A stretch of 64,000 nt of DNA from an uncultured bacterium. GTDB lineage: Bacteria; Zhuqueibacterota; QNDG01; DTFT01. Below, one piece after another: positions 1-10,237 of the stretch. Numbering within the stretch: the first letter of the stretch is position 1; every line of letters starts with the position of its first letter. The stretch covers positions 96,822 through 160,821 of the forward strand of contig CAVTNR010000022.1 in assembly GCA_963736115.1 (NCBI GenBank), written 5' to 3'. The notes under the pieces were generated by a model. That model was not told the origin of the DNA. It searched no databases and was given only the letters and a program-made list of their open reading frames with translations. The translations under genes and the position numbers were made by a program.

Positions 1-788
1 GTTTCGCGGAAAATCCGCTCGGAGAAGTTGACGGGCGCGATATTGCGGCCGCCCTCTGGCTGGCCGTGCCCGGCAAAGTGCTTAAGCGTGACCGCCACGT
101 GACGCTTGTCAATGCGGCCGGTCGTTTTCGCGTCCCGGCCCTGGAACCCGTATACCGCGGCCACACCCATGCGCGACACGAGATACGGATCCTCTCCGTA
201 GGTCTCTTCGGTGCGGCCCCATCGCGGCTCCCGGCCCAGGTCCACTACGGGCGACAGCACTTGGCGTGTGCCCATGGACGAGGCCTCGAGAGCGGCAACC
301 GAGAAAATGCGCTCCACCAGGGACGTGTCCCACGTGCATCCCAGGGCGATGGCCTGGGGAAAACTCGTGGCGCCGGCGGCCATGTACCCGTGCAGGGCTT
401 CCCCGAAGCTCAGGGCCGGAATGCCGAGCCTTGATTTCTCCAGCAGGTAGCGCTGGAGCCCGTTGCGGCAGCGGAGCTGGTAGGCCAGGTCGCGCCGCCT
501 GCCTCCGGCCGCCCAAAAGGACCCCACGCCGCGGTTCAGAATGGCCGTGTCGCGTACGCCGACGTAATTTCCGGCGTCGTCAAAGGCCGCGGTATCCGGG
601 CTTCCGGCGGAGAGGAGCTGGCCGACCTTTTCCTCCACGGTCATGCGTTTCAGCAGGTCCGCGACGCGGATTTCCACGGGCGCGGAAGCGTCCTTGTAAA
701 CGGGCGTCGTCGAGTCCTTGTCTGCGGCTGTCGAGGCGGCGGCCAGAGCGGCCCAGATCGCCAGCGGGAGAATCAGTGACTTTCTCAT
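1..788 (-). CDS. Glycoside hydrolase family 3 (beta-glucosidase/beta-xylosidase), N-terminal part, runs off the window start
   Basis: Not in the ORF track. Manual translation from ATG 788 (GGAGG RBS): signal peptide MRKSLILPLAIWAALAAA, then RVADLLKRMTVEEKVGQL, EALHG, FPQAIALGCTWD, REPRWGRTEETYGEDPYL and TLKHFAGHG, all GH3 motifs. Confidence 0.93.
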   Translation of the reverse strand, partial: MRKSLILPLAIWAALAAASTAADKDSTTPVYKDASAPVEIRVADLLKRMTVEEKVGQLLSAGSPDTAAFDDAGNYVGVRDTAILNRGVGSFWAAGGRRRDLAYQLRCRNGLQRYLLEKSRLGIPALSFGEALHGYMAAGATSFPQAIALGCTWDTSLVERIFSVAALEASSMGTRQVLSPVVDLGREPRWGRTEETYGEDPYLVSRMGVAAVYGFQGRDAKTTGRIDKRHVAVTLKHFAGHGQPEGGRNIAPVNFSERIFRE

Positions 789-853
789 ATCGGGGTTTCC
801 TCCGTTCGGAGTCCGATCAGGGGTTCATGCAAAGCGCGGAGCGCCATGCCTCG

Positions 854-2563
854 TTACCTCAGCTTGATCCACGCATAAGACAGGGCCGGGACCTCGATCG
901 TCAGGTTCCCGGCTTTCCGGGACATGCGCACAGGCGAGCCAGCCAGCAGGGACGTCCGGGAGTAGGGCACATTCATGGGGAATACTGCGGTCGCTGCCGC
1001 GCCGGACGGGTTGAACACAGCCAGGAGACAGTGCCTGCCGTTGGCCCGGGCGAAGACGAAGGGATAGGCGTTCTTCTCCGCAACCAGGGGCACGAATTCC
1101 GCGTACGCCGCCAGGGCCGGCTCATTGTGCTTGAGACGGATCAATTTGCGCACCCGGTTCAGCAGTGAGGATGGGTCGCGTTCCTGCGCCGCGACCGTGG
1201 GCGCGTCGGCCGCGGGATCGACGGGAAGATAGAGCTTTGACGCGTCCGCGGATGAAAAGCCCAGGTTCGGGCCCGCCTGCCACTGCATGGGCGTACGCGC
1301 CCCGTTGCGCGGTTTGTACGCGCCCTCGACCTGTGGCCAGTCCGAACCCAGCTGGCGCATGCCGATCTCGTTGCCGTAGTAGATGAAGGGAATGCCCGGC
1401 ATGCTGATGCCGAACGCCATGATCATCTCCATCTCGGCCGCGGACCGCTTGACGTTCAGCCGTGCGTTGTCGTGGTTGCCGAGCGGCAGGCAGATGTAGC
1501 CCTTGTCCTTCGTCGCCGAGTACTGGTCCATGTACTTCGAGAGGAAGTTGGAGATGTCGCCCTTGCCCTCGGCGTCGAAGTAGCTGTGCCCTTCGGAAAA
1601 TCCGTTGAGAATGCGCCAGCTTTCCTTCTGAAAGAGGTCATTGTACCCGTCGAACCAGTGGAAGAAGTCTGCGTGAAAGGCGCCGTCGAGCGCGTCTTTG
1701 GGATTGGACCACTCCGACACCATGAAGGAGCCCGGATAGCGGGCGTCTGCGTCTGCGCGGATCTCCCGCCAGAAGGCCAGGGTTTCGCGGTCCGATCCCG
1801 GGCCCTTGACAAGAGCGCCGGCCATGTCCGCGCGCATCCCGTCCGCGCCCATGTCCATCCAGTACCGGAACACGGATTTCAGCTCCTCGCGCATCGCGGC
1901 CACGTCCGGGTGGTTCACCGGCAGCTGCCAGGATTTTTCCGGATCAGGCCGCGCGAATCCGAAATTGAGCGCGGGCTGGCACCAGTAGAAATTGCGCATG
2001 AAATTGCCGTTTCTGCGGCTGTATCCCTGGATGAACCGGTTGGCGAATTCGCCCTCCTCCATTTTCCAGGTGTTGTCGTTCCAGACGTACCAGTTCGTGT
2101 AGGGATTGGCCTCCTGGCGGCAGGATTCAACGAACCAGGGGTGATCGATGGCCGTGTAGCTGATCACATAGTCGAAGAGCACCTTGAGGCCGCGCTTGTG
2201 GGCCTCCTCGAACAGGCGCCGGGCGTCATCGTTGGTCCCGTACCGGGCCGCGACCTTTCGGTAGTCGCGGATGTCGTAACCCGCGTCATTGAACGGGGAA
2301 TCGAAGAACGGGTTGAGCCAGATTGCGTCCGCGCCGAGGGACTTGATATAGTCGAGCTTCTCGATCACGCCGTTCAGATCGCCGATGCCGTCCCCGTCCG
2401 TGTCGCGGAACGTCTGCGGATAGATCTGATAGAAGACGGCGTTCGCGGTCCAGTCCGGCGCGGGAGGCGGCGCGCACCGGCCCGTGATCTCCGCGGACCG
2501 GGCAACGGTCGCGGTTGAAACAAGAAGCAGAATGCAGGCGGCGAGCAGTTGTTTTCGGGTCAT
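854..2563 (-). CDS. Secreted GH13 alpha-amylase-family glycosidase (alpha-glucosidase/TreS-like)
   Basis: FYQIYPQTFRDTDGDGIGDL, GYDIRDY, DGMRADMA, SEW, NHD, YYGNEIG and RTPMQW motifs; N-terminal signal peptide. Confidence 0.92.
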   Translation of the reverse strand: MTRKQLLAACILLLVSTATVARSAEITGRCAPPPAPDWTANAVFYQIYPQTFRDTDGDGIGDLNGVIEKLDYIKSLGADAIWLNPFFDSPFNDAGYDIRDYRKVAARYGTNDDARRLFEEAHKRGLKVLFDYVISYTAIDHPWFVESCRQEANPYTNWYVWNDNTWKMEEGEFANRFIQGYSRRNGNFMRNFYWCQPALNFGFARPDPEKSWQLPVNHPDVAAMREELKSVFRYWMDMGADGMRADMAGALVKGPGSDRETLAFWREIRADADARYPGSFMVSEWSNPKDALDGAFHADFFHWFDGYNDLFQKESWRILNGFSEGHSYFDAEGKGDISNFLSKYMDQYSATKDKGYICLPLGNHDNARLNVKRSAAEMEMIMAFGISMPGIPFIYYGNEIGMRQLGSDWPQVEGAYKPRNGARTPMQWQAGPNLGFSSADASKLYLPVDPAADAPTVAAQERDPSSLLNRVRKLIRLKHNEPALAAYAEFVPLVAEKNAYPFVFARANGRHCLLAVFNPSGAAATAVFPMNVPYSRTSLLAGSPVRMSRKAGNLTIEVPALSYAWIKLR

Positions 2564-2671
2564 GATGTGTTCCTCTCAGTTATGCCCATTCAGGCGGAAA
2601 TTCTCCCGATCCCTGATCCCGGACCGAATCGATCCGGGGTGACCGTAATCCTGTTGAAGCGTCCCATTTAC

Positions 2672-2700
2672 GCAGGGGCGACGCGGCGCGTCGCCCTTAC
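2672..2700. repeat. REP-like palindrome
   Basis: gcaggggcgacgcggcgcgtcgcccttac, resembling GTAGGGGCG...CGCCCCTAC REP elements. Confidence 0.55.
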
Positions 2701-2737
2701 GATGCGCCGACGGTTCAGGCTATGGGGTCCGTTTCTT

Positions 2738-4927
2738 TCACGGCGTCCAGGTCGATCCCTTTTGTATGTATTCCGGCTTCCACCGGATTGCCTTGAGGGA
2801 GTGCAGAGTGACGGACGGGGGTGTGAGGCCGGCCGGGATCGGACGTTTCGAGAAGGTCTGGAAATACAGCACACAGGCGTCGCGCCACCAGGCCGCGTCG
2901 CGCTCCTGCACGCGGAGACGCTCCTTCACGTCCGCGAACCGTTCGGAATCCACGCGTCCCTCGAGGCGATCCCATGTCTTCCGCATGGAACGGACCGAGT
3001 CCACGCCCGAATAGTAGCGCAGGCACAGCTCGTCCCAAAGCGTCCGGCCGGACGTTCCCGTCGGGCGGTCCCAGGCGGCATGGTGGAACCAGAGCAGGAG
3101 GTTCTCCGGGCAGGAATCGGGATCCGCGTAGATGCGGTCGAGCGGCGGAAAATACTGGGCCGCGGCATTGCTGCCGGAGGGGCTCCGGTCGAAACCGATG
3201 CCGGCTGAATCGGCCCTGTGGTAATACACGCTGTTCCAGTCCGGCCGCTCGGCCATGTCCACCCAGGGCCCGGGTCCGTAATGGTGGCCCCAGCCCATGA
3301 TGTGGTGCAGGCCCAGGGGCGTCATGTAATCGACCGCTATCTCGCGCGAACCGAGCATGAGGCGGAGCAGAACCGGCTCTGTGGACGGATCCCGCGTCAG
3401 CGTCATCCGCATCCATTCCTCCGCGATTTTCGCGGACGAAGCGGACGGATTCCAGGCGAGCCTGCCGAATGCGTACCAGTTGGCGGACGCGAAAGTATGG
3501 CCGCACCAGTTCCGGTCCGTGCCCGTGTTGGCGACGCCCGCGATGCCGGTTTCCCGATGGCCGAAGAGGGACCCGTCCGCGACCTTTGACACGAACGATC
3601 CGGGCCCCTTCGCGTACGTGTCCGCGTCCAGGCATTCCTCGTACAGCGGCGCCAGGTACACCAGATGCGCGGAGAACCCGAAGTATTCCTGCGTGATCTG
3701 AAGCTCGGGCATGACCGGCGTGGCCGGCATGGCGCCGAACAGCGGGTGGAAGGGTTCGCGCGGTTGAAAGTCAATGGGTCCGTTTTTCACCTGGATGATC
3801 ACGTTCGGACGGAACGCGCCGTCGAGGGGCTTGAATTCGCGATAGCCCTGGCCGGCCCGGTCTCCGCCGTCCGGGTTGTACACGAAGGCTCGCCACATCA
3901 CCACGCCGCCGTGCGGCGCGAGCGCGTCGGCCAGCATATTGGCGCCGTCCGCGTGACTGCGGCCGAAATCCTGCGGGCCGGGCAGGCCCTCGGAATTCGC
4001 TTTCACGAGAAATCCGCCGAAGTCGGGGATGAGGCGGTAGATGGAGTCCGCCTTGGTCTTCCACCAGGCGGAGACGGCCGGATCGAGCGGATCCGCGGTT
4101 GCGAGCCCGCCGAGTCTGATCGGGGAGGAAAAATTCACCGCGAGATAGACCCGGATGCCGTACGGCCGGAACACGCCTGCCAGGGCCGCCGCTTTCCGCA
4201 GATAGGCGTCCGTCAGGATTTGCGGCGAGGCGTTGACATTGTTCAGAACCGTCCCGTTGATTCCGATCGACGCGTTGAGACGGGCGTAATCCCGATACCG
4301 CGGATCGACTGTTCCCGGCAGTTCCTCCCATTTCCAGAGCGAGCGGCCGGCGTATCCGCGTTCGATCGATCCGTCCAGATTGTCCCAGTGGTTGAGCAGG
4401 CGCCTCTTGATCGCGGGCTTTTCAACCGCGGCCCAGCGATCAGGCGGTGCGAGGGTCTGCAGGTTCCGGAGCATGCGGAATGCGCCGTACAACACTCCGG
4501 TGTCCGTGTTCGCCGCGATCACGATGCATTGCCGGCCTCGTATACGGGCCTGGCGGATGACGAAGCCCTCGTCCCCGACAGCCGCGAGTTCCGCATCCCA
4601 GCCCAGGCCGGCGATATCCGGACACCCGGCAGGCGTGCCCGCGACCAAAGCGCTGCGACGTCCTACGCGTTCGCGTATCTTGATTTTTTTCCCGAGCAGG
4701 CCTTCCAGTCCTTCGGTCAATTCCATCCGGGCCGCTTCTAGAGTGCCGCCTGTTCCCGGGATGACAGCCTCGGCTACGGCTGCCTGGGTTGCGGACAGGG
4801 TCGCCCTGTTCTCGATACGGTCATACCGCATCCACAGACGGTACCCATCCTCAGAATGGAGAGATGAAGCGGGCAGGAGGAATGGAAGGAATTGGATGAG
4901 CATCAAAGAAAACGTTAACTTTTTCAT
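2738..4927 (-). CDS. aguA: Alpha-glucuronidase, GH67
   Basis: [50 protein letters not shown] and ELQITQEY motifs. Confidence 0.96.
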   Translation of the reverse strand: MKKLTFSLMLIQFLPFLLPASSLHSEDGYRLWMRYDRIENRATLSATQAAVAEAVIPGTGGTLEAARMELTEGLEGLLGKKIKIRERVGRRSALVAGTPAGCPDIAGLGWDAELAAVGDEGFVIRQARIRGRQCIVIAANTDTGVLYGAFRMLRNLQTLAPPDRWAAVEKPAIKRRLLNHWDNLDGSIERGYAGRSLWKWEELPGTVDPRYRDYARLNASIGINGTVLNNVNASPQILTDAYLRKAAALAGVFRPYGIRVYLAVNFSSPIRLGGLATADPLDPAVSAWWKTKADSIYRLIPDFGGFLVKANSEGLPGPQDFGRSHADGANMLADALAPHGGVVMWRAFVYNPDGGDRAGQGYREFKPLDGAFRPNVIIQVKNGPIDFQPREPFHPLFGAMPATPVMPELQITQEYFGFSAHLVYLAPLYEECLDADTYAKGPGSFVSKVADGSLFGHRETGIAGVANTGTDRNWCGHTFASANWYAFGRLAWNPSASSAKIAEEWMRMTLTRDPSTEPVLLRLMLGSREIAVDYMTPLGLHHIMGWGHHYGPGPWVDMAERPDWNSVYYHRADSAGIGFDRSPSGSNAAAQYFPPLDRIYADPDSCPENLLLWFHHAAWDRPTGTSGRTLWDELCLRYYSGVDSVRSMRKTWDRLEGRVDSERFADVKERLRVQERDAAWWRDACVLYFQTFSKRPIPAGLTPPSVTLHSLKAIRWKPEYIQKGSTWTP

Positions 4928-4988
4928 GAACGTTGCCTTTTTTTAGGAGAGTCAATCGGTTTAAGCGGGGAGTTGTCTAAAAAACAGC

Positions 4989-5017
4989 TTGATTTAATAT
5001 TGAAAAAATCGTATGAT
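4989..5017 (+). promoter_or_regulatory. Putative sigma70 promoter for the GH31 gene
   Basis: TTGATT-17 bp-TATGAT in the AT-rich divergent intergenic region. Confidence 0.55.
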
Positions 5018-5276
5018 TTATTTTGATCGAGGAGGCAGCCAAACCGGATATCCGTTAAAGGTCAACGCGTCCGGATGCCATAATCCAGAGATTTTCTCTT
5101 TAGCGGTTCATTCCCCGCAGCATCGAGTTGTCTTATAAATCCATGTTTTCATTGAAGAAAAACCGCCTTCTAATGGCAATTTACGACAAATCGAAAAACA
5201 TGTCAACGCTTTTCTGCCTATGAACCGGTCCGGCATGTCACCATCCTGTCTCAACGTTCCACGGAGGAATGAACCG

Positions 5277-8114
5277 ATGACCCGTATTCAATCCGGAATT
5301 CTGCTGTTGGCTGTCCTCTCCGGTTTTATCGCAACCGGAGCGAGTGCGTTCGAAAAAACGGATGACGGCATTCTGTTCCGTTTCGACGGCGCCGCGGACG
5401 GAGGCACGCGCCTTCTCCGCGTGACGGTCTGTTCGGACTCCATCATCCGCGTGACGGCCACTCCGGACCGGTTTTTCTCCGTCCGGTCGAGCCTCATGGT
5501 GCAAAACCCCCGCGTCCGGTCCGCTTTCTGGTCCGTGAAGGAGGAAGGAAAAATCGTCACGCTATCGACAGCGTCCCTCAAGGTGCGCGTCGATCCGGCC
5601 TCCGCGTCGGTTTCCTTTTTCGACAAGTCCGGCCGTCCGGTGCTCGCCGAGCGGTCCGGGGGCAGGTCGTTTACGCAGGTTGAGGCCCTGGGCGAACCGG
5701 TGTGGAAAATCCGCCAGATCTTCGATTCGCCTGCGAACGAAGCGCTGTACGGGCTGGGCCAGCATCAGAACGGAATCATGAACTGGAAGAACCGGGACGC
5801 GGACCTCTGGCAGTACAACATCGTCGCGGCCGTCCCGTTTCTTGTCTCGAACCGGTTGTACGGCCTGCTCTGGGACAACAATTCGCGTACGAAATTCGGG
5901 GACCCGCGCGAATACGGCCCGCTCTCGTCCCTCGTCCTGCACGGAAAGGACGGAAGCCGCGGCGGCCTGACGGCCGAGTATTTCTCGAACCCGGATTTCA
6001 CATCGCCCGTTCTCAACCGGAGCGAATCCGTTATCGACCACAAATACCTGGACGCGTACGGAGACTGGCCGGAAGGCGTGACGCCCGGGCGCGGCAGCAT
6101 CCGGTGGAGCGGATTCGTGGAATCCGGCGTCACGGGCGGCCACAAGTTCCGGCTGTACGCCTCGACCTATTTCAAGCTGTGGCTGGACGGGGAACTCATC
6201 GCGGACGGGTGGCGCCAGAACTGGCTGCCCTGGACCCGTTTCGCGACTTTGAATATGGAAGCCGGCCGGCGCTACGCGGTCAAGCTCGAATGGGTGCCCG
6301 ACGGCGGATTCGCGGGTCTGGAAGTGCTGGGCCCGGAACCGGCTGACCTGAAGAACGCGGTCTCCCTGCAGTCCGACGCCGGGGACCAGACGGATTATTA
6401 TTTCATCTACGGAAATCCGGACGAAGCCGTGAAGGGATACCGGGCCCTGACGGGAAAGGCGCCGATGATGCCGCGTTGGGCCATGGGCCTCTGGCAGTGC
6501 CGCGAGCGCTACCGTTCCGCGGACGAGCTGACGGGCACGGTGAAGGAGTTCCGCGATCGCCGCATCCCGCTCGACGCCATCGTCCAGGACTGGTTCTACT
6601 GGCGGGAGGACGACTGGGGCAGCCACGAATTCGATGCCTCGCGTTTTCCGGACCCGGAGGCCATGGTCCGCAGACTGCACGACGAGCTCAAGGCGCATGT
6701 CATGATTTCCGTGTGGCCGAAGTTCTACACATCCACGGAGCATTACCGGGAGTTCGAGGAGAACGGCTGGCTGTACCGGAGGAACGCGGAACTGGGTCAG
6801 AAGGACTGGGTCGGACCCGGCTATGTCTCTACCTTCTTCGATCCCTATTCCAAGGGCGCCCGCGACCTCTATTGGAAGCAGATCGACGAACACCTGTTCC
6901 GCAAGGGATTCGACGCCTGGTGGCTCGACGCGACCGAACCGGACGTCAATTCGAACCTGTCGCCGAAGGAGCGTCTGCTGCGCATGCACCCCACGGCTTT
7001 CGGGTCCGCGGCGCGCTTCGAGAACACGTTCTCCCTGCAGGAGACACGGGCCGTGTACGAGGGCCAGCGCAGGTCAGACCCGGACAAGCGCGTGTTTATC
7101 CTCACACGTTCCGCTTTCGCGGGACAGCAGCGGTACGCCGCATCCCTGTGGAGCGGAGACGTGGCGGCCCGCTGGACCGACTTGAAAAACCAGATCCCGG
7201 CGGGCTTGAATCTCTGCCTGTCCGGCATTCCGTTCTGGACCACGGACATCGGCGGATTCGCCGTGGAGCCGCGCTTCGAGCGGGCGAAGGGCGAGGATCT
7301 CGAGGAATTCCGCGAGCTGACGACGCGCTGGTTCCAGTTCGGGGCCTTCTGCCCGCTGTTCCGCGTGCACGGCCAGTACCCGTACCGCGAGATGTTCCAC
7401 GTCGCGCCGCCGGATCATCCGGCCTTCCGCTCCATGCTGGCCTATGATGAACTGCGGTACAGGCTCATGCCTTACATTTATTCCCTGAACGCAGGCGCGC
7501 ATTTCGAGGACGGCACCCTCATGCGGGCCCTGGTCATGGATTTCGGGAACGATCCGGCCGTGCTGAATGTCGGCGACCAGTTCATGTTCGGCCCGAGCCT
7601 GCTGGTGAATCCCGTGACCGAGCGCGGAGCGAACAAGCGCAGCGTGATTCTGCCGGCCGGATGCGGATGGATCGACATGGCGACCGGCATGTGGCACAGG
7701 GGCGGAAGGACCGTGGAGGCGGACGCGCCCTATGAGCGGATTCCCGTTTTCGTTCGCGAAGGCGCGATCATACCCACGGGACCGGCCCTGCAGTATACGG
7801 ATGAGAAGCCGGCCGATCCGGTGCGCCTGCATGTGTATGACGGAAAGGACGGCCGGTTCACCCTGTACGAGGACGCCGGATCGAACAACGGGTACGAGCG
7901 CGGCGAATGCGCGACCATCGAACTGTCCTACAGGGCAGGATCAAAGGAATTGACCATCGGCTCCAGACAAGGATCCTTTCCCGGCATGCTCCGGGAGCGC
8001 ACGTTCGAGATTGTGCGCATATCGAAGGACAGGCCAAGGCCGCTGGAATTCGAATCCAAACCGGACCGTATCGTGAAGTACGACGGCCGAAAGGTGAAAG
8101 TGAAAATCGGCTGA
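5277..8114 (+). CDS. Alpha-xylosidase, GH31, with PA14 insertion
   Basis: YGLGQHQ, IVQDWFYW, WWLDATEPD (nucleophile), WSGD, WTTDIGGF and RVHG motifs; PA14-like GLTAEYF...SIRWSG segment; ATG 5277 follows GGAGG. Confidence 0.92.
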   Translation: MTRIQSGILLLAVLSGFIATGASAFEKTDDGILFRFDGAADGGTRLLRVTVCSDSIIRVTATPDRFFSVRSSLMVQNPRVRSAFWSVKEEGKIVTLSTASLKVRVDPASASVSFFDKSGRPVLAERSGGRSFTQVEALGEPVWKIRQIFDSPANEALYGLGQHQNGIMNWKNRDADLWQYNIVAAVPFLVSNRLYGLLWDNNSRTKFGDPREYGPLSSLVLHGKDGSRGGLTAEYFSNPDFTSPVLNRSESVIDHKYLDAYGDWPEGVTPGRGSIRWSGFVESGVTGGHKFRLYASTYFKLWLDGELIADGWRQNWLPWTRFATLNMEAGRRYAVKLEWVPDGGFAGLEVLGPEPADLKNAVSLQSDAGDQTDYYFIYGNPDEAVKGYRALTGKAPMMPRWAMGLWQCRERYRSADELTGTVKEFRDRRIPLDAIVQDWFYWREDDWGSHEFDASRFPDPEAMVRRLHDELKAHVMISVWPKFYTSTEHYREFEENGWLYRRNAELGQKDWVGPGYVSTFFDPYSKGARDLYWKQIDEHLFRKGFDAWWLDATEPDVNSNLSPKERLLRMHPTAFGSAARFENTFSLQETRAVYEGQRRSDPDKRVFILTRSAFAGQQRYAASLWSGDVAARWTDLKNQIPAGLNLCLSGIPFWTTDIGGFAVEPRFERAKGEDLEEFRELTTRWFQFGAFCPLFRVHGQYPYREMFHVAPPDHPAFRSMLAYDELRYRLMPYIYSLNAGAHFEDGTLMRALVMDFGNDPAVLNVGDQFMFGPSLLVNPVTERGANKRSVILPAGCGWIDMATGMWHRGGRTVEADAPYERIPVFVREGAIIPTGPALQYTDEKPADPVRLHVYDGKDGRFTLYEDAGSNNGYERGECATIELSYRAGSKELTIGSRQGSFPGMLRERTFEIVRISKDRPRPLEFESKPDRIVKYDGRKVKVKIG

Positions 8115-8202
8115 CAGCGGTTTCTGTTTCAGCGGTCCGGCCGGGTGCGGCTATATATAAGAAATAAGGGAAGAGAGCGCAGTCGAGCCTGGGAGGGAAA
8201 TG

Positions 8203-8246
8203 GAAAAGGCGAATCCAGGCCTATTGGGTCGGGACTCGCCTTTTTC
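8203..8246 (+). terminator. Intrinsic terminator
   Basis: aaaaggcgaatcc...ggactcgccttttt hairpin downstream of GH31. Confidence 0.6.
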
Positions 8247-8417
8247 ATGCGGCTGAAAATCAGCCGGTAAAGCGGGTTTATCATTCAAAATAAACATGCA
8301 AAATGCAGTCTTGCCCGGATGTCCTTTGTGTTAATTTAGGCTCGATTTTAATGGTATTAAGTTAAAATAAATATATTACTTAAGCCGGTCTTGAGATGCC
8401 GGAATGGTATCCTAAAG

Positions 8418-8433
8418 TGGCGTGATTTATGCA
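8418..8433 (+). promoter_or_regulatory. Putative sigma54 (-24/-12) promoter
   Basis: TGGCGTGATTTATGCA has GG and GC at the spacing of the TGGCACG-N4-TTGCW consensus. Confidence 0.5.
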
Positions 8434-8560
8434 GTAAACATGAAGGATGTATCCGGAGCCGGATACGATGGGAGGGTACGGCTGGATAATCCATCATCAT
8501 GTCTCGTAAACACTATCAGATGAAGGCGTTTACGATGATTACGGCTATCAGGAGGAGTTC

Positions 8561-8932
8561 ATGAAAGACATGGTCATGGTTGTGGACGATGATCCTCTCG
8601 TTCAGATGACGGTCCGGCGCGTTCTGGAGGGAGCAGGCCTCAAGGTCACCTCCGCTGTCAACGGAGCGGATTGCGTCCGTATGGTGGAGGAGGGTTTCGA
8701 GGGGCTGATTCTCATGGACATCATGATGCCGGGCATGGACGGGTGGGACACAATTCAGTCGCTGGTGGACAAGGGGCTGGTGAAAGGCAATATCATCTGC
8801 ATGCTGACCGGAAAGGAACAGCCGGACGACCGGATGAAGATGCTCAAGGAATTCATACTGGACTACATCCGCAAGCCTTTTGACCAGGAGAAATTCGTCC
8901 GGACCGTGAAGGCGTACCTTTCATTTTTATAA
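8561..8932 (+). CDS. Single-domain response regulator (receiver)
   Basis: VVDDD, ILMDIMMPGMDG, MLTG and KPF receiver motifs. Confidence 0.93.
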   Translation: MKDMVMVVDDDPLVQMTVRRVLEGAGLKVTSAVNGADCVRMVEEGFEGLILMDIMMPGMDGWDTIQSLVDKGLVKGNIICMLTGKEQPDDRMKMLKEFILDYIRKPFDQEKFVRTVKAYLSFL

Positions 8933-8956
8933 ATCGAGTCGGAATCGGGAGATTTC

Positions 8957-9523
8957 ATGGAGAAGCGCAACCTGGCCGTGATCGGCTCATCGGGCGCTGG
9001 CCTTCCCATCATCACTTCGATATTTCACGGCATGCCCCGGCTGAAGGGGCCCGTGGTGCTTGTTCAGCATATGCCGGCCTATATCAACAAGTCCGTCCGG
9101 GACAACCTGGCGGGCCGCACGGAAATGACCGTCAAGATCGCCGACCCCGACGATCCCCTGCTGCCGGGATTCCTCTACCTGGCGCCGAGCGAACTGCACC
9201 TGTCTTTTTCCAAGAACGAGCGCATCCGCCTCACGGGCGGAGCGAAGGTCAATTATGTCTGCCCGTCGATCGACGTGGCGATGAAATCCCTGACCGAAAC
9301 GCCTCCGGTGTACCCGCTGGGCATTCTGCTTTCGGGCGTGGGCGACGACGGCATCGAGGGCATCCGGCACGTCAAGCGGATCGGCGGAGTGACCGTGGCC
9401 CTGAAGAAAGGCGCCACAACCATTACCGGGATGGCGGAGGACGCCGCGGCCACCGGCGACGTTGATTTCACCATGGATCCCGAGTCCATCCGCAACCTGC
9501 TCATCGCGCAACTGGGCGCCTGA
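8957..9523 (+). CDS. Stand-alone CheB-type methylesterase domain protein
   Basis: IGSSGAG, VQHMP, PSIDV and LSGVGDDG correspond to the CheB Ser/His/Asp motifs; no receiver domain. Confidence 0.85.
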   Translation: MEKRNLAVIGSSGAGLPIITSIFHGMPRLKGPVVLVQHMPAYINKSVRDNLAGRTEMTVKIADPDDPLLPGFLYLAPSELHLSFSKNERIRLTGGAKVNYVCPSIDVAMKSLTETPPVYPLGILLSGVGDDGIEGIRHVKRIGGVTVALKKGATTITGMAEDAAATGDVDFTMDPESIRNLLIAQLGA

Positions 9524-9569
9524 TCCGCGGCGTTCGGGCCGCGTTCCTTCAATCGGGAGAGCCCCCCTC

Positions 9570-10100
9570 TTGCATCTACGTCACTTGCTCTGCGCCGTTG
9601 CCGTGTTTCTCGCCGTTTCGGCGGGATGCGGCCGCGAACCGCTTCAGGTCTGGCCCCTGCAGTCCCCGGCCGGTCGGCTCACGGTTTTCGTTGAGCAGTC
9701 CGCGGATTCGCGGGCCCTGTCGTTCCGGATCATTGAGAGCCGGGACGGAGCGGAAATTGTCCGTCGTTCCGGCCTCAGGATCCCAGCGGAATTCGGTGAT
9801 TCCCTTGAATTCATATCGCAGACTCCTGTGCGGGAAATCGACACCACAATCGTCCTTGCCGCGGGCGGGGCCTTCGGCCTGACCGCTTTTCAAACGACGC
9901 TGACGTTCGAGAATCCCTCGGGATCGCGCATTGGCCTCGACTGGCTCGCGGCGGACGACGGCATCGCGTTCCGCCGCAGTCCGACGGATGCCGGCGCGGC
10001 CGTCCCGCGCGTTGCCGCATGGCAAGTGATGACCCCGGCGGACGCGGCTTCCGATCCGTTGTCGGGCGCCGGTTTCGCTGAGGCGGTCGGGGCGCTCTGA
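9570..10100 (+). CDS. Putative lipoprotein with a GH97 N-terminal-like domain only (possible remnant)
   Basis: TTG start after GGGAGA; lipobox SAGC; SPAGRLTV, DDGIAFR and AWQV segments recall GH97_N. Confidence 0.55.
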   Translation: MHLRHLLCAVAVFLAVSAGCGREPLQVWPLQSPAGRLTVFVEQSADSRALSFRIIESRDGAEIVRRSGLRIPAEFGDSLEFISQTPVREIDTTIVLAAGGAFGLTAFQTTLTFENPSGSRIGLDWLAADDGIAFRRSPTDAGAAVPRVAAWQVMTPADAASDPLSGAGFAEAVGAL

Positions 10101-10167
10101 TGTCCGTCCGTCAAAAATGATCTCCAGCGCGCGTTGAAGAAACGTCGCGCATCGCATCCTGAAAACG

Positions 10168-10207
10168 GAAAGACCCCGGAGTTCGGCGAACCACGGGGTC
10201 TTCTTTT
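10168..10207. terminator. Terminator hairpin between convergent genes
   Basis: aagaccccg...cggggtcttctttt. Confidence 0.65.
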
Positions 10208-10237
10208 ATGTGTGCCGGCGATCCCCGGCCCGGGCGT

